64,000 bases of DNA from Candidatus Caldarchaeum sp. (GCA_038844785.1 JAWBRA010000007.1:1-64000), one strand, 5' to 3'; positions 10,126-20,979 are shown, counted from the stretch's first letter. Notes: generated from the letters alone by a model not told the origin. Made by a program: numbers and translations.

Positions 10126-11691
10126 CTATCCTAAACATCTCCTCATCCCAGCAGCCTTCAACAGCTCTTCAACAGCTGATTTTTGGTCATCCTGCAGGTA
10201 TGATATGAGAAAGTTGCTAAGTATGTTGCTGTATTTTCTATCCGACAGGGTTTTAGGCCCTAGTTTAATATCTAAAAGGTTTTCAGCGGTTTCAAGGTCC
10301 TCCACGTATAGAGGCAAAGCGTTGCTAAGCTGCTGCAGCTCAGACTTCGAATCCCTGCTTAGAAGCATGTTTATGTTTTCGAAGCAGACTAGGCTAGCTA
10401 CTTTCGCCAAGTCTTCACGCATGTTTCTGTAGCTGTTTTGCAGAAGACGGTACTCTTCATCGGTAAGGTCATACAAAGTCCTCAACCCGATGAATTCTGG
10501 TGGAAGACCCAAGCTGTACAACACGCACGCATATGGGATTGCACGTGGGAGCTCCACGTTGCCCAGCCTACGACCGTAGGAGAAAACGCCAATATGCAGC
10601 TTTCGAGTTCTACGAAGGGGAACCAGCCTTGAAAGATACGCTATCGTAGGGGCTGCCGCCTCCGCGAACTGCCGGTAAGCTCTTGAAAATTTTTGAATAA
10701 CCCTCTCCGCCAAACCTGTGTCCAGGTCAGGGACAGCAATCTTCTCTGTTGGAAGGTTTTTGTTGAGCTTTTTAACAGCCTCGGCGGCCTGGTTTTCAGG
10801 ATAGTCGTATCTAAAAGCAGACTGGACGGTGACCGTTGAAGCAAAACCATACTCTTCGAGGAATTTCTCGACGTTCAAAGGGTTTAAGCCTCCTCGGAAA
10901 GGCATTGTTCCCACACCAATTATAGGGTGGACGTCGATGCCCGTCGACAGCTGCACGTTGACAAGCTTGTTGAAAGCAAGCTTCGTCATCAACGTCGCTG
11001 CCACAAGCCCGTTGTTTAACGCCGGGTCTGACCGTGCTATAAAAACTCTCATACAACGTGTGGAGGTTACCTCAACAAACCTAATGATTATCTCGTCAAT
11101 GTTACGTATGCTTTCAAGGTCTTCGAAGAGGGGGATCACCTCTATGCTTTTAGGGACTATCTCTCCGATAATGTCCCTCAGCTTTACGTCAGGATAGTCT
11201 ATGAAAACCTCCTCCAGCTGTACAACGGCTTTCCTGTATGTGTTGATGACTTGAATTAGCTGGTGCGATGATGTTGTGAAAGGGAGGATGACTTCGAAGA
11301 CCGGTGGTACAGCTTTATCTCCGTAAAAGGCCTTGCAAACGTCAAAATGTTTAGGAATGCTTTGAAGGGTTTCGAAGAAGATTTTTCTATCGCTTGACTC
11401 AACGGACGGGTTTGGTATCCTGTATGTTAGAAAACGATCCCTGCCAATAATGATTTCGCGGAATGTTTCTCCGTACTTTGCCAGGAGTTTTCTCACTACG
11501 TTGAGGTCGACGTCCTTTCCTTCAGCATCCCACATAGCTTCCTGGCATTCTAGCCTTGTCCAGCTGTAGAAAAGCTCGTCTATTTCATCGTCTCCGGCTA
11601 CCAGCGGATTGTCAAGCCATGGTGGACTGCTTACGTTGTCTGGGTGTTGAGAGCTCATTGTCTTAGGGATTATCCTATCAGCATGCAGCAT
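10126..11691 (-). CDS. ppcA: Archaeal-type phosphoenolpyruvate carboxylase
   Basis: IPKTMSSQHPDN, MWDAEGK, IPLFE, FIARSDPALN, PFRGGL, LPRAI. Confidence 0.95.
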   Translation of the reverse strand: MLHADRIIPKTMSSQHPDNVSSPPWLDNPLVAGDDEIDELFYSWTRLECQEAMWDAEGKDVDLNVVRKLLAKYGETFREIIIGRDRFLTYRIPNPSVESSDRKIFFETLQSIPKHFDVCKAFYGDKAVPPVFEVILPFTTSSHQLIQVINTYRKAVVQLEEVFIDYPDVKLRDIIGEIVPKSIEVIPLFEDLESIRNIDEIIIRFVEVTSTRCMRVFIARSDPALNNGLVAATLMTKLAFNKLVNVQLSTGIDVHPIIGVGTMPFRGGLNPLNVEKFLEEYGFASTVTVQSAFRYDYPENQAAEAVKKLNKNLPTEKIAVPDLDTGLAERVIQKFSRAYRQFAEAAAPTIAYLSRLVPLRRTRKLHIGVFSYGRRLGNVELPRAIPYACVLYSLGLPPEFIGLRTLYDLTDEEYRLLQNSYRNMREDLAKVASLVCFENINMLLSRDSKSELQQLSNALPLYVEDLETAENLLDIKLGPKTLSDRKYSNILSNFLISYLQDDQKSAVEELLKAAGMRRCLG

Positions 11692-11694
11692 CGT

Positions 11695-12675
11695 TTATTC
11701 ACGTGAGTATGGAACACCTAACGCCGCTGGTACGCCTATGCGTTTGCGGACTGACTCTATCGATAGCAGTGTGAGGGTTACTATGGTGACTATGTATGGG
11801 AGCATGAGCAGGAACTGGGGCAGCTGGGCTGCGACGCCCATCACTTGAAGCCTGAACTGAAGCGTCTCAACTCCTCCAAAAAGATAGGCGCCCAGCACCG
11901 CCCTCAACGGGCTCCATGTAGCAAGGATGACAAGGGCCAGCGATATGAAGCCACGTCCCTGCGTCATTCCCTCAACCCAGAAAGCTTGGTAGCCTATGAA
12001 CAGGTACGCGCCGGCAAGCGAGCCTAAGGCACCGCATATCCCCATGGCTGTGTACCTCATTTGAAACACGTTCACACCTAGTGAGTCTGCCATTGAAGGG
12101 TTTTCGCCGCATGACCTAAGGCTTAGTCCAAACCTTGTCTTGAAGAGAATAAACCACATCACAATGCTTGACATGAGCGAGAAATAGACCAAGACGTTGT
12201 GGGTGAAGAACATGGGTCCTATGACGGGTATGTCTTTTAGAACAGGTATGGGAGTTGTGGGGAGCTTCGCAGCCTCTTGTGTAATCAGGAGTCTTTCAGG
12301 CGTCGCAGGGTTGAGCGCTATAATTATTCGCCGTCTTATCTCTGCGGAGGTGATTAGACCGCTTAAACCTAATCCAAGTATCGTATAAGCCAGCCCTACA
12401 ACTATCTGGTTGAGTTTAAGGCTTACGGTGAAGACGGCGTGGGAAAGACCTAGAACCGTTCCAACCATGACTGCGGCTAACAGGGCGGCACCGTGGCCCA
12501 ACGCGTTCGTGAAAATGAAGGAAACGGCTGCCCCCATTATCATCATACCCTCCATCCCTAGGTTTAACACGCCTGAACGCTCTGCATATGTTTCGCCAAG
12601 CGAGGCAAGCAGGAAAACCGTGCCCGCTGCCACAGCGCCTGACAAGATTGAGCTTATCCATCCCACATCGATCAT
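11695..12675 (-). CDS. Nucleoside/purine ABC transporter permease
   Basis: GETYAERSGVLNLGMEG, GENP..ADSLG, GRGFISLA. Confidence 0.9.
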   Translation of the reverse strand: MIDVGWISSILSGAVAAGTVFLLASLGETYAERSGVLNLGMEGMMIMGAAVSFIFTNALGHGAALLAAVMVGTVLGLSHAVFTVSLKLNQIVVGLAYTILGLGLSGLITSAEIRRRIIIALNPATPERLLITQEAAKLPTTPIPVLKDIPVIGPMFFTHNVLVYFSLMSSIVMWFILFKTRFGLSLRSCGENPSMADSLGVNVFQMRYTAMGICGALGSLAGAYLFIGYQAFWVEGMTQGRGFISLALVILATWSPLRAVLGAYLFGGVETLQFRLQVMGVAAQLPQFLLMLPYIVTIVTLTLLSIESVRKRIGVPAALGVPYSRE

Positions 12676-13739
12676 ACTGTAATTCTCACCCTATGGCGTT
12701 TAAAGAACTCGCCTAAAATAATCATCAGGAAGATTGTTGACTGGAAAATCTGAACCGCTGCGAACTGAAGGTTTAACGTTGCTTGGAGAACGTCGCCAGC
12801 AACCAGCAGTCCTCCGAAGAATATCGACGCGGGAACGGCTATCCACGGGTTTAGCGCTGCTAGAAAAGCTATGATTATGGCTGTGTAGCCGTAACCGGGT
12901 GAGAAATCCGGTCGGAGTCTTCCTATTATCCCGCTGACTAAAACCAGTCCTCCGAGGCCTGCTAAGCCTCCCGCTATCAAACTGCCGGCCATAAGCGTGC
13001 GGCCTATATTGATCCCAGCGTATCTTGCTGCCTCAAGGTTTTGTCCGAGGACACGCATTTCAAACCCTAACGCCGTTTTTTGCAGCAACCCGTAAAGCAG
13101 CGCGGCTACGGCGACAGCCGCCGGCAAGCCGAAGTATACTGTGTTGCCGAACAATGCCTCCATCTTAGCATAGTTGGGGAATTCGATAGACAAGGGGAAG
13201 CCAAACCCCCTAGGATCTCTCCAGGGTCCGTAAACGAGAAAACGTACAAAAAGAATTGCAACATAGTTCAGCATCAGTGTAGGAAGTATCTCGTTGACCC
13301 CGAGACGGGCCCTGAGAAACGCGGTGAAAGCGCAGTAAAGACCTCCAGCGATGAACGCCGATAGAGCCATGCAGGGAAAAACTAACGGTTCGGCAATTAA
13401 ACCATAGTAAGCGTGAATCAGAACCACGCCTGTCGCGGCTACTCCACCCATGTAAATCTGCCCTTCAGCACCTATATTCCAGAAATTCATTTTGAACGCG
13501 AGACAAAGGCCCAGAGCCGCAAACATTATCGGTAGACTTCTGAGGGCTGCTTGAAGCAGGTTCGAAGGGGTTGTGAACACGTAGACAACTTTTGAAAGAG
13601 TTTCATAAGAGCTGACTCCGAGTATTTCGAATATCAGGCTTGCCGTAAGCATTGCTAGAAGTATGAATAATGCGGTTACTGCTGCTGAGAGTCTGCGTGA
13701 AGTTTCCATCCTCCTCTCAATCTTTATGCCGATGGCCAT
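12672..13739 (-). CDS. Nucleoside/purine ABC transporter permease
   Basis: WNIGAEGQ, GVNEIL.TLMLNY, AARYAGI, GYGYTAI. Confidence 0.9.
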   Translation of the reverse strand: MAIGIKIERRMETSRRLSAAVTALFILLAMLTASLIFEILGVSSYETLSKVVYVFTTPSNLLQAALRSLPIMFAALGLCLAFKMNFWNIGAEGQIYMGGVAATGVVLIHAYYGLIAEPLVFPCMALSAFIAGGLYCAFTAFLRARLGVNEILPTLMLNYVAILFVRFLVYGPWRDPRGFGFPLSIEFPNYAKMEALFGNTVYFGLPAAVAVAALLYGLLQKTALGFEMRVLGQNLEAARYAGINIGRTLMAGSLIAGGLAGLGGLVLVSGIIGRLRPDFSPGYGYTAIIIAFLAALNPWIAVPASIFFGGLLVAGDVLQATLNLQFAAVQIFQSTIFLMIILGEFFKRHRVRITV

Positions 13740-13741
13740 CT

Positions 13742-15283
13742 TCAGACGCTTACCTCCTTTTTTCTGATCCCTGTCATCATGAGCCCGATATCCTCAACAT
13801 CGTACTGACCTTTCTCAAAAACCCCCACTATTTCACCCCTGTACATGACCATTATTCTATCGCTTAACGACAATAGTTCCTCAAGCTCTTCCGAAACCAG
13901 CAGAACAGCAACTCCCTGCTCCGACTTTCGAACGAGCTCGCGGTGGATAAACTCCGTCGACGCTATGTCAAGACCCCTTGTTGGATATGCGGCGAGAATA
14001 ACCTTTAGATGCGGGATTGTTCCAAGCTCTCTGGCGAGCACAAGCCTCTGGATATTGCCGCCCGACAGGTTGCCGGCCTTATTATTTATCGACGGCGTGA
14101 CTATGTTAAATTCTTTTACAAGCTGCTGCGCGTTTTTCTCCACGTTTTTCCAGTTTATCAACAAGCCGTTGAAGTACTCCTTCAGCCTATATGCTTTGAG
14201 TAAAATGTTTTCGGCTACGGTCATTTCTGGCGCGGAATACCTTAGAGCCTCAGCCGGTATGTATCCGATACCTGCTTTTATAATCTCTGAAGGATGGCGG
14301 TTGGTTATGTCCACGGAGTTTAAAAAGACTTTGCCGGAGACGATTTTCCTAAGCCCTGCGATGGCTTCTAGAAGTTCTTGCTGCCCGTTGCCAGAAACAC
14401 CAGCCAAACCCAGAATCTCCCCCTCATACAGCTTAAATGAAACGTCTCTAACGGCTTCAAGCCCCTTGTCGTTGAGAACAAAAAGGTTTGACACTTCAAG
14501 CAATGGCTTGTTCTTCGTCAAAACCCTCTTGGTTTGAACTTTCGCTAAAGGCCTTCCTATCATAAGGTTGACCAGCTCCTCGATGTTTGTTTCTTTGGTG
14601 AGTTTAGTTGCCATCGTCTTTCCGCCACACATCACCGTAACCCTGTCGCTGACAGCCATCACTTCTTCAAGCTTATGGGTTATCAGCACTATACCTAGCC
14701 CTTCCGAAGCCATCTTCCGAAGAGTCTGGAAGAGGATGGCTGTTTCTTGAGGTGTTAGGACGGATGTAGGCTCATCAAGTATAATTATTTGAGCCTTCCT
14801 GTAGAGCGCTTTAAGTATTTCAACCTGCTGTTTCTCCCCAGCTGAGAGCTGCCAGACCTTAGCCTCTGGGGAAATTTTCCAACCATAGCTCGAGATCATC
14901 TGCGACAGTTCTTGATTAATTTTACGTGAGTTAAGCACAAACCCAGCCTCTCTCAACCCTAAAATTACGTTTTCCGCGACGGTGTGAACTGGAATTAGCT
15001 TGAACTGTTGATGCACCATTCCTATCCCAAGCTTGATGGCGTCTCTTGGGCTTCTGATGTCTACCTTTCTCCCGTTAACTTTTATCTCACCCGCATCAGC
15101 CTTGTATATCCCGTAAAGAATGTTCATTAAAGTTGTCTTGCCGGCTCCGTTCTCGCCCAGAAGCGCGTGAACCTCCCCCCGTCGTAGGGTGAAGCTTGCG
15201 TCATCGTTGGCTACAACGTTGGGGAAACGTTTAACTATTCCTTTCATCTCCACTAAGTATTCCTCGTCCGCCATCCTGCTCAC
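13742..15283 (-). CDS. ABC transporter ATPase (two NBDs, CUT2/nucleoside type)
   Basis: GENGAGKTT, LSAGEKQ, DEPT, GVSGNGQ, LSGGNIQ. Confidence 0.93.
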   Translation of the reverse strand: MSRMADEEYLVEMKGIVKRFPNVVANDDASFTLRRGEVHALLGENGAGKTTLMNILYGIYKADAGEIKVNGRKVDIRSPRDAIKLGIGMVHQQFKLIPVHTVAENVILGLREAGFVLNSRKINQELSQMISSYGWKISPEAKVWQLSAGEKQQVEILKALYRKAQIIILDEPTSVLTPQETAILFQTLRKMASEGLGIVLITHKLEEVMAVSDRVTVMCGGKTMATKLTKETNIEELVNLMIGRPLAKVQTKRVLTKNKPLLEVSNLFVLNDKGLEAVRDVSFKLYEGEILGLAGVSGNGQQELLEAIAGLRKIVSGKVFLNSVDITNRHPSEIIKAGIGYIPAEALRYSAPEMTVAENILLKAYRLKEYFNGLLINWKNVEKNAQQLVKEFNIVTPSINNKAGNLSGGNIQRLVLARELGTIPHLKVILAAYPTRGLDIASTEFIHRELVRKSEQGVAVLLVSEELEELLSLSDRIMVMYRGEIVGVFEKGQYDVEDIGLMMTGIRKKEVSV

Positions 15284-15330
15284 ATCCGGGCAACTATAGA
15301 AAATAAAAAAATTTATGGATGTTTAGGCCG

Positions 15331-16683
15331 TTATCGCCTTGGTAGCTCGCTTTGGATGTATTCAACAAACCAGTCCATGTTCCAGAGCATGGCCCAGTCA
15401 GCGCGCTCGGAACCTTTTATTCTGACCTCTCCCTTCTGGTCTCTGATAGGCTCGCCCAAGTTTCCTTCAACGCTGAAAGGTTCAAACAACAGTTCTTTCA
15501 TCTCTTCATATCTTCTCTTTATCTCGGTTTGCCATTCGCTCGGGATAGCGGGATGCAGCTTACCTAGCTGGAGAGTTCCATCCATTTGCCCAGCAGTGCT
15601 CTGCTCCACAGGCCGCCTCCATCTGTAAGGCATGTAATCACCAATTCTTGTCCAGATATCCACAGACCTCCATGTGTTTGTGGCAACCATCCTGTAAAAT
15701 TCAAGGTATATGGGTCCCCAGTTCACGATCTGCCCTGTGAGATGGGAGTTTGGACCATACTGTGTCATGTCGCTGTAGTGGCTGAAACTCCAAACCCTCC
15801 TGCCCTTCTGCGTTGTGTATTCTTCCGCAACCTGCAGGGTTGTAGGCGAGTCCTCTGTGAAGGCGAGAACGTCTGCTTTAGATTCCTCGATTAGGGCGGT
15901 TGCTGCCTGTCGTGTTTTACCCGGGTCAAACCAGCTGAAAAGCCAGTTTACGTATGCTTTTATGTTTTTACCTGTCCGTTTCTTATATGAATAGTTTGCC
16001 CCTAACACGAACGCGTTGATGTGTCTGACGACCTCAGGTATCGGATGTGCTGCGACATAACCTACGACGCCCGTTTGTGTGACCGCGCCGGCTGCAAGCC
16101 CGTTAAGATAGTAGAGCTGGTAAAACTCTGCGAAGGCGCTGCTCATGTTCTGGGGTGCGTTTCCCGCCGCACCGCTTCTGTATCCTGAAATGTGTACAAA
16201 ATATTTGTCAGGATGTTTGGCAGCTGCTTCCGCTGTTGGATCCATGTAGCCGAAGCTGGTGGTTATGACTAGGTCTGCTCCTTGGTTTACCAGAGACTCT
16301 ATGGCGCCTAACGCTTGGGCTTCCGGAACGCTCTCAATGTACGGGCTGTCTACGTTCTTGAACATGGAGTCAGCCCATTTTCTTCCTAGGTCATGGGCGT
16401 ATGTCCATCCGAAGTCGCCCACAGGCCCGACGTATACGTAGCCTACTTTCAACCTTTTGGCAGGGGCTGTTGTTGTGACTGTCCTAGTAACAGCTGGGCC
16501 TGTGACGGTCACCGTTCCCGCAGGCGCTGTCACCGTCCTGGTGACAGCTGGAGGTGCTTGTGATGCTCCTGCGAAATATCCTGCGAGACCGCCGACGACC
16601 GCAGCAGCAGCGACAGAGCCTGCGGCGACGCCCGAGGAAACGGCTAGAAACTTTCGCCTGGAAATTCGGGTCTTTTCCTTCAT
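15331..16683 (-). CDS. BMP-family purine/nucleoside substrate-binding protein with Tat signal
   Basis: SRRKFL twin-arginine motif, Thr/Val-rich linker, VGPVGDFGWTYAH, TTSFGYMD, PEVVRHINAF, WFDP. Confidence 0.9.
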   Translation of the reverse strand: MKEKTRISRRKFLAVSSGVAAGSVAAAAVVGGLAGYFAGASQAPPAVTRTVTAPAGTVTVTGPAVTRTVTTTAPAKRLKVGYVYVGPVGDFGWTYAHDLGRKWADSMFKNVDSPYIESVPEAQALGAIESLVNQGADLVITTSFGYMDPTAEAAAKHPDKYFVHISGYRSGAAGNAPQNMSSAFAEFYQLYYLNGLAAGAVTQTGVVGYVAAHPIPEVVRHINAFVLGANYSYKKRTGKNIKAYVNWLFSWFDPGKTRQAATALIEESKADVLAFTEDSPTTLQVAEEYTTQKGRRVWSFSHYSDMTQYGPNSHLTGQIVNWGPIYLEFYRMVATNTWRSVDIWTRIGDYMPYRWRRPVEQSTAGQMDGTLQLGKLHPAIPSEWQTEIKRRYEEMKELLFEPFSVEGNLGEPIRDQKGEVRIKGSERADWAMLWNMDWFVEYIQSELPRR

Positions 16684-16728
16684 CACGTTATTTGATGAGC
16701 TAGGGGTATATATGTTTATGGTGTTTTG

Positions 16729-18513
16729 CTAGTCGATAACGAGGTCGACAAATTGGAATGTGACGGTGTCAAGTAGTCCTTTGTCTGTCAGCCTGAGCTC
16801 AGGTATTACGCTTAGGCTTAACAGCGACATCGTCATAAAAGGTGAAACCCATTCGCATCCTAGCTTCCGCCAGACGCTGTAGGTTCTGTTGAGTTTTTCT
16901 GCAACGGAGACAGCTGTCTCGGTCGACATAAGACCTGCCAGCGGAAGCTCAACCTTGGCCAAGACCTCTCCGTCTGCAACTGTAACTATTCCACCGTTTA
17001 TGCGGGCGTTTTCATTAGCCGCCAAAGCCATGTCCTTTTCATCGTATCCTAGGACGAGTAGGTTGTGGCTGTCGTGAGCGACTGTAGACGAAACAGCGCC
17101 TTTTCTGAAGCCAAAGCCTTTCGTAAACCCTATCCCCATCCCGCCTGTTTTTCCATGCCTCTCAACTACCGCTGTTTTCAGAATACTTCTGTCAGGGTCG
17201 GACAGTATGTTGCCTCCTTTAACCTCGAGCCTTTCTATGCGATGTTTTGTGATTACACTTCCTTCGATGGCTTGGATAACTCTCACCCTCACCTCCTCTC
17301 CCTCACGGCTGTAGTGTATTTTGAAGTCTTCTGGCGTCAGATGTCTTGGCAGCTTAACGCTCTTCATGAACCTTTCGGGGTAGTTGAACTCCGGCAGCTC
17401 CTTAACCATTTTACCGTTTTCAGCAACAAGCTCACCGTTTGCGAAAACGGCTTCGATCCTAAACTTCGTGAGGTCTGAGACGATCAGTATGTCCGCAAGC
17501 CTTGCTGGTGCGATGCTGCCCAGCTCGTAGGAAAGCCTGTATCTTTCGGCAGGGTTGAGCGTGCACATCTGGATAGCTGTTAGAGGGTCAACGCCTTCCT
17601 CAATCGCCCTTCTGAGACTATGGTCTACGTGACCATCCCTGAGAATTGATGCAGGCTCTTTGTCATCCGTGCAGAGGCATATGTGACGGGGGTCTATTCC
17701 CGTCTCGGTGTAGGCTTTTATCGTCTCCTTGATGTCAAGCCATGCGCTTCCCTCCCTGAGATATACGTACATCCCGTTCCTCAGACGTTCGAGCGTCTGT
17801 CTCTTTGTGACGCTTTCGTGCGTTGATGTTATCCCCGCTGCTACATATGCTGCGAGCTCCCTTCCCAGAAGACCTGAGTCATGTCCTTCGACAAGTTTTC
17901 CAGACTTAAGCGTTTCAGCTATCTCGGCGTGGACGTTCTCGTCGCCGGCTAGAACTCCTGGAAAATTCATCATCTCGCCTAGGGCTATCACTTCGTCTAG
18001 TTTCATAGCTTCTGCAACATCTTCAGGGCCTATAACCGCTCCAGCGGTTTCGAACCCTGGCGCCGCCGGCACGCATGAAGGATATGTGATGAAGACTTTG
18101 AGGGGGAGGTTTCTGGACTCCTCTATCATCAGCTTCACCCCGTCAAGCCCGAAAACATTCCCTATTTCATGAGGGTCTATGAAAACAGTAGTGGTTCCAT
18201 GCGGAAGAACGATTCTAGCGAACTCTGTCACGCTTATCATGGAACTTTCTATGTGGACGTGAGGGTCCAAGAGGCCGGGAACAACGTATTTTCCCTCAGC
18301 GTCGTAAACTATGGTATCGGACCCTATGCAGGGGCTTGAGTCGCCCACCAAAGCAATACGTCCAAGTTTAACGACAACATCCACGTTCTCCAACAGCTCG
18401 CGTGTATGGACGTTGACGACATTCCCCCCTTTAACCACGAGGTCGGCTTTCTCCAATCCAAGCGCGGTCCTTACCAAGTTTTTAGTTGCCTGGTAAAGCT
18501 TTGAACGCACCAT
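16729..18513 (-). CDS. ade: Adenine deaminase
   Basis: HVHIESS, DPHEIGNV, PSCVPA, EMMNFPGV, LREGSA, CTDD, VAHDSHNL, VIPELRLTDKGL. Confidence 0.95.
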   Translation of the reverse strand: MVRSKLYQATKNLVRTALGLEKADLVVKGGNVVNVHTRELLENVDVVVKLGRIALVGDSSPCIGSDTIVYDAEGKYVVPGLLDPHVHIESSMISVTEFARIVLPHGTTTVFIDPHEIGNVFGLDGVKLMIEESRNLPLKVFITYPSCVPAAPGFETAGAVIGPEDVAEAMKLDEVIALGEMMNFPGVLAGDENVHAEIAETLKSGKLVEGHDSGLLGRELAAYVAAGITSTHESVTKRQTLERLRNGMYVYLREGSAWLDIKETIKAYTETGIDPRHICLCTDDKEPASILRDGHVDHSLRRAIEEGVDPLTAIQMCTLNPAERYRLSYELGSIAPARLADILIVSDLTKFRIEAVFANGELVAENGKMVKELPEFNYPERFMKSVKLPRHLTPEDFKIHYSREGEEVRVRVIQAIEGSVITKHRIERLEVKGGNILSDPDRSILKTAVVERHGKTGGMGIGFTKGFGFRKGAVSSTVAHDSHNLLVLGYDEKDMALAANENARINGGIVTVADGEVLAKVELPLAGLMSTETAVSVAEKLNRTYSVWRKLGCEWVSPFMTMSLLSLSVIPELRLTDKGLLDTVTFQFVDLVID

Positions 18514-18605
18514 CGCTCTTCGGTATGTTTGTTCGCCGTAGATATAACTTTAGACGTTTTACGCAAACAATAAATAATCACCCCCCTCAATAATATCGAG
18601 CGTAG

Positions 18606-19607
18606 ATGAATATTCGGTGGGGTCTGTATCTGCAGGATATGCATGTAAGAGACATGGTTCGTTATGCGCAGCTTGCTGAACAGCACGGATTTGAGTCGGT
18701 TTGGGTTGCGGAGTCGAGGCTGGCGAGAGACGCGCTCACACCCATGACAGCGATTGCGACAGTCACTTCGAGGCTGAAGATTGGCGCCGGTGTGATAAAC
18801 ACTTGGACACGTAACGCCGCCTTGATCGCTCAAACTTTTGCCACCATGGACGAGCTTTCCGATGGACGTGTGATGCTTGGGCTAGGAGCCTGGTGGGACC
18901 CTTTGGCTTGGAAAGTTGGGATAGAGAGAAGCGAGCCGCTCACATGCATGCGAGAATACGTTGAAGTGATACGCAGGCTGTTCAGGATGGAGGAAGTAAC
19001 GTTTGAGGGAAAATTCGTAAAGATGAGAGGTGTGCGTTTGGATGTTTTGCATGGTGCTGGTGAAAAGCCGAGAAACATACCCATATACATAGGTGCCACG
19101 GGGTGGAAGATGCTGGAGCTTGCTGGAGAGATAGCGGACGGCGTTCTGCTTAATTACTTGGTCTCACCAAAATACAACGATACCGCTTTAGAGCATATCA
19201 GGAAAGGCGCGGCCAGGGCTGGAAGAAAGCTCGAAAGCATAGACAGGCCCCAGCTGGTGGCCTGCTCAATGGATGAAGACGCCGACAAGGCCGTGAAGCT
19301 TGCCAAAAAGCATGTGACGATGACGTTAGGCCAGCAGCCGCACATCATGAAAGCCAGTGGGGTGAGCGAAGACCTGATTCAGGAGGTTCAGAGGATTATG
19401 GGTGGATGGCCTGCCAAGCCCGGCGGGATCGAGAAAGCGGCCGAGATTGTCCCCGACAGCGTCGTCAGAATGATAACCGCCTCGGGGACTGTAACAGACG
19501 TTGTGAACAAGGTCAAGGAGTACATGGAGCATGGCTGCACCTCACCGCTGCTGCTGCCTTTGAGCGGAAACGTCGAATACGTGATTGAAAGCATAGCAAG
19601 GGTGTAG
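18606..19607 (+). CDS. LLM-class (Mer-like, probably F420-dependent) oxidoreductase
   Basis: AEQHGFESVWVAE, ATMDELSDGRVMLGLG, IPIYIGATG..MLELAGEIADGVLL. Confidence 0.85.
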   Translation: MNIRWGLYLQDMHVRDMVRYAQLAEQHGFESVWVAESRLARDALTPMTAIATVTSRLKIGAGVINTWTRNAALIAQTFATMDELSDGRVMLGLGAWWDPLAWKVGIERSEPLTCMREYVEVIRRLFRMEEVTFEGKFVKMRGVRLDVLHGAGEKPRNIPIYIGATGWKMLELAGEIADGVLLNYLVSPKYNDTALEHIRKGAARAGRKLESIDRPQLVACSMDEDADKAVKLAKKHVTMTLGQQPHIMKASGVSEDLIQEVQRIMGGWPAKPGGIEKAAEIVPDSVVRMITASGTVTDVVNKVKEYMEHGCTSPLLLPLSGNVEYVIESIARV

Positions 19608-19610
19608 GAT

Positions 19611-20975
19611 TTGGGGTCTGAAGCTGTTTTGCTCAAAGGCGGCGTAGTTGTCACAATGGACTCTTCTAGACGGGTCATTCAAGATGGCGCCGTAGCCTTC
19701 GAAGACGGGAAAATTACCTTCGTTGGAAAGGTGCATGACATCGAAAAAACAAGCAGGTTCGACAGGGTGTTGGATGTTCGTGGAAGGTTCGTCATGCCCG
19801 GCCTTGTATGCGCCCACACCCATCTATACGGCATAGCTCTCAGGGGTGCTTCTCTAAAGATTAAACCGACTTCGGATTTTCTTGAAAACCTGCAGAGGAT
19901 TTGGTGGCCTTTGGACGAGAAAATGAACAAAGAAGATGCTTACGTAACTGCTTTGGCAGCTTGTATGGAGATGGCTCTCAATGGGACTACAGCCTTCGCA
20001 GACACGTATTCGGCACCGGGAAACCCTGAAAACTCGCTGGACTCGATAGCGAAAGCCGTTAACGAAGTCGGGATTAGGGGGGTTATTTCGTTTGAGGCTA
20101 CGGAGAGACGTAGCGTGGAAGAGGGGAGGAGAGGTCTTGAAGAGAACGTTAGGTTCCTCGCAAAGGGTGGAAGCGGGCTTGCGAGAGGCATGGTTAGCCT
20201 TCACGCCTCCTTCACGGTAAGCGACGACCTCATAGCACGCGGCGTTGAGGCTGCGAAAAAACATAACGCAAGAATCACAATACACGTATCCGAGGGGCCG
20301 AACGACGTATACCATAACATAGAGAGGTACGGCAAAAGAACCGTGGAGAGGCTTTATGACTTAGGCCTGTTAGGAAGCAACGCTGTTCTAGCTCACTGTG
20401 TTCATCTTAACAGACGTGAAATCAGTTTGCTGGCTTCCACCGGAACACATGTGGCCCACAACCCCATGAGCAACATGCTTAACGCGGTCGGTGTGATGCC
20501 GCTTCCGGAAATGCTTGAGGCTGGCGTCAACGTCGGGCTGGGGAACGATGGCTACGTTTTCGACGGTTTCGAGAACATGAGGGCAGCTTTTCTGATCCAC
20601 AGAGTCGATAGAAGAAACCCCTCAATAATCATGCCTGAGAAGGTTGTTGAAATGGCTACGGTTAATGCTGCGAAAGCCTATGGTTTGGACGACGTCGGCT
20701 CGCTGGAGGTCGGCAAACAGGCTGACGTAATAGTTTTGAGGCCCGAAGTTACCGCTACCCCTATGACACGTAACGTCTACGGATACCTGGTAAACGGCAT
20801 TAGAGGAGGAGATGTGGAGCATGTGTTTGTGGCGGGAAGGCAGATAATAGAGAGTAGAGATCTTAAAACAGTCGACAAAGAACATGCTGAAAACATAATC
20901 TTAAAAACAGTTGAGAAGCTTTGGGAGAGGCTCGGTGAATCTCCCCCTGAAGCTGTAGAGCCTCTGAGGTTGTAA
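19611..20975 (+). CDS. SsnA-like amidohydrolase
   Basis: HTHLYGIALRG...DFLENLQRIWWPLD matches the SsnA pattern; LHASFT, HVSEG, AHCVH, HNPMSNM, GNDG. Confidence 0.85.
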   Translation: MGSEAVLLKGGVVVTMDSSRRVIQDGAVAFEDGKITFVGKVHDIEKTSRFDRVLDVRGRFVMPGLVCAHTHLYGIALRGASLKIKPTSDFLENLQRIWWPLDEKMNKEDAYVTALAACMEMALNGTTAFADTYSAPGNPENSLDSIAKAVNEVGIRGVISFEATERRSVEEGRRGLEENVRFLAKGGSGLARGMVSLHASFTVSDDLIARGVEAAKKHNARITIHVSEGPNDVYHNIERYGKRTVERLYDLGLLGSNAVLAHCVHLNRREISLLASTGTHVAHNPMSNMLNAVGVMPLPEMLEAGVNVGLGNDGYVFDGFENMRAAFLIHRVDRRNPSIIMPEKVVEMATVNAAKAYGLDDVGSLEVGKQADVIVLRPEVTATPMTRNVYGYLVNGIRGGDVEHVFVAGRQIIESRDLKTVDKEHAENIILKTVEKLWERLGESPPEAVEPLRL

Positions 20976-20979
20976 AACT

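Noticed and set aside
16455-16555. Repeated VTRTVT-coding sequence
   Set aside because: Ordinary Thr-rich linker of an archaeal solute-binding protein
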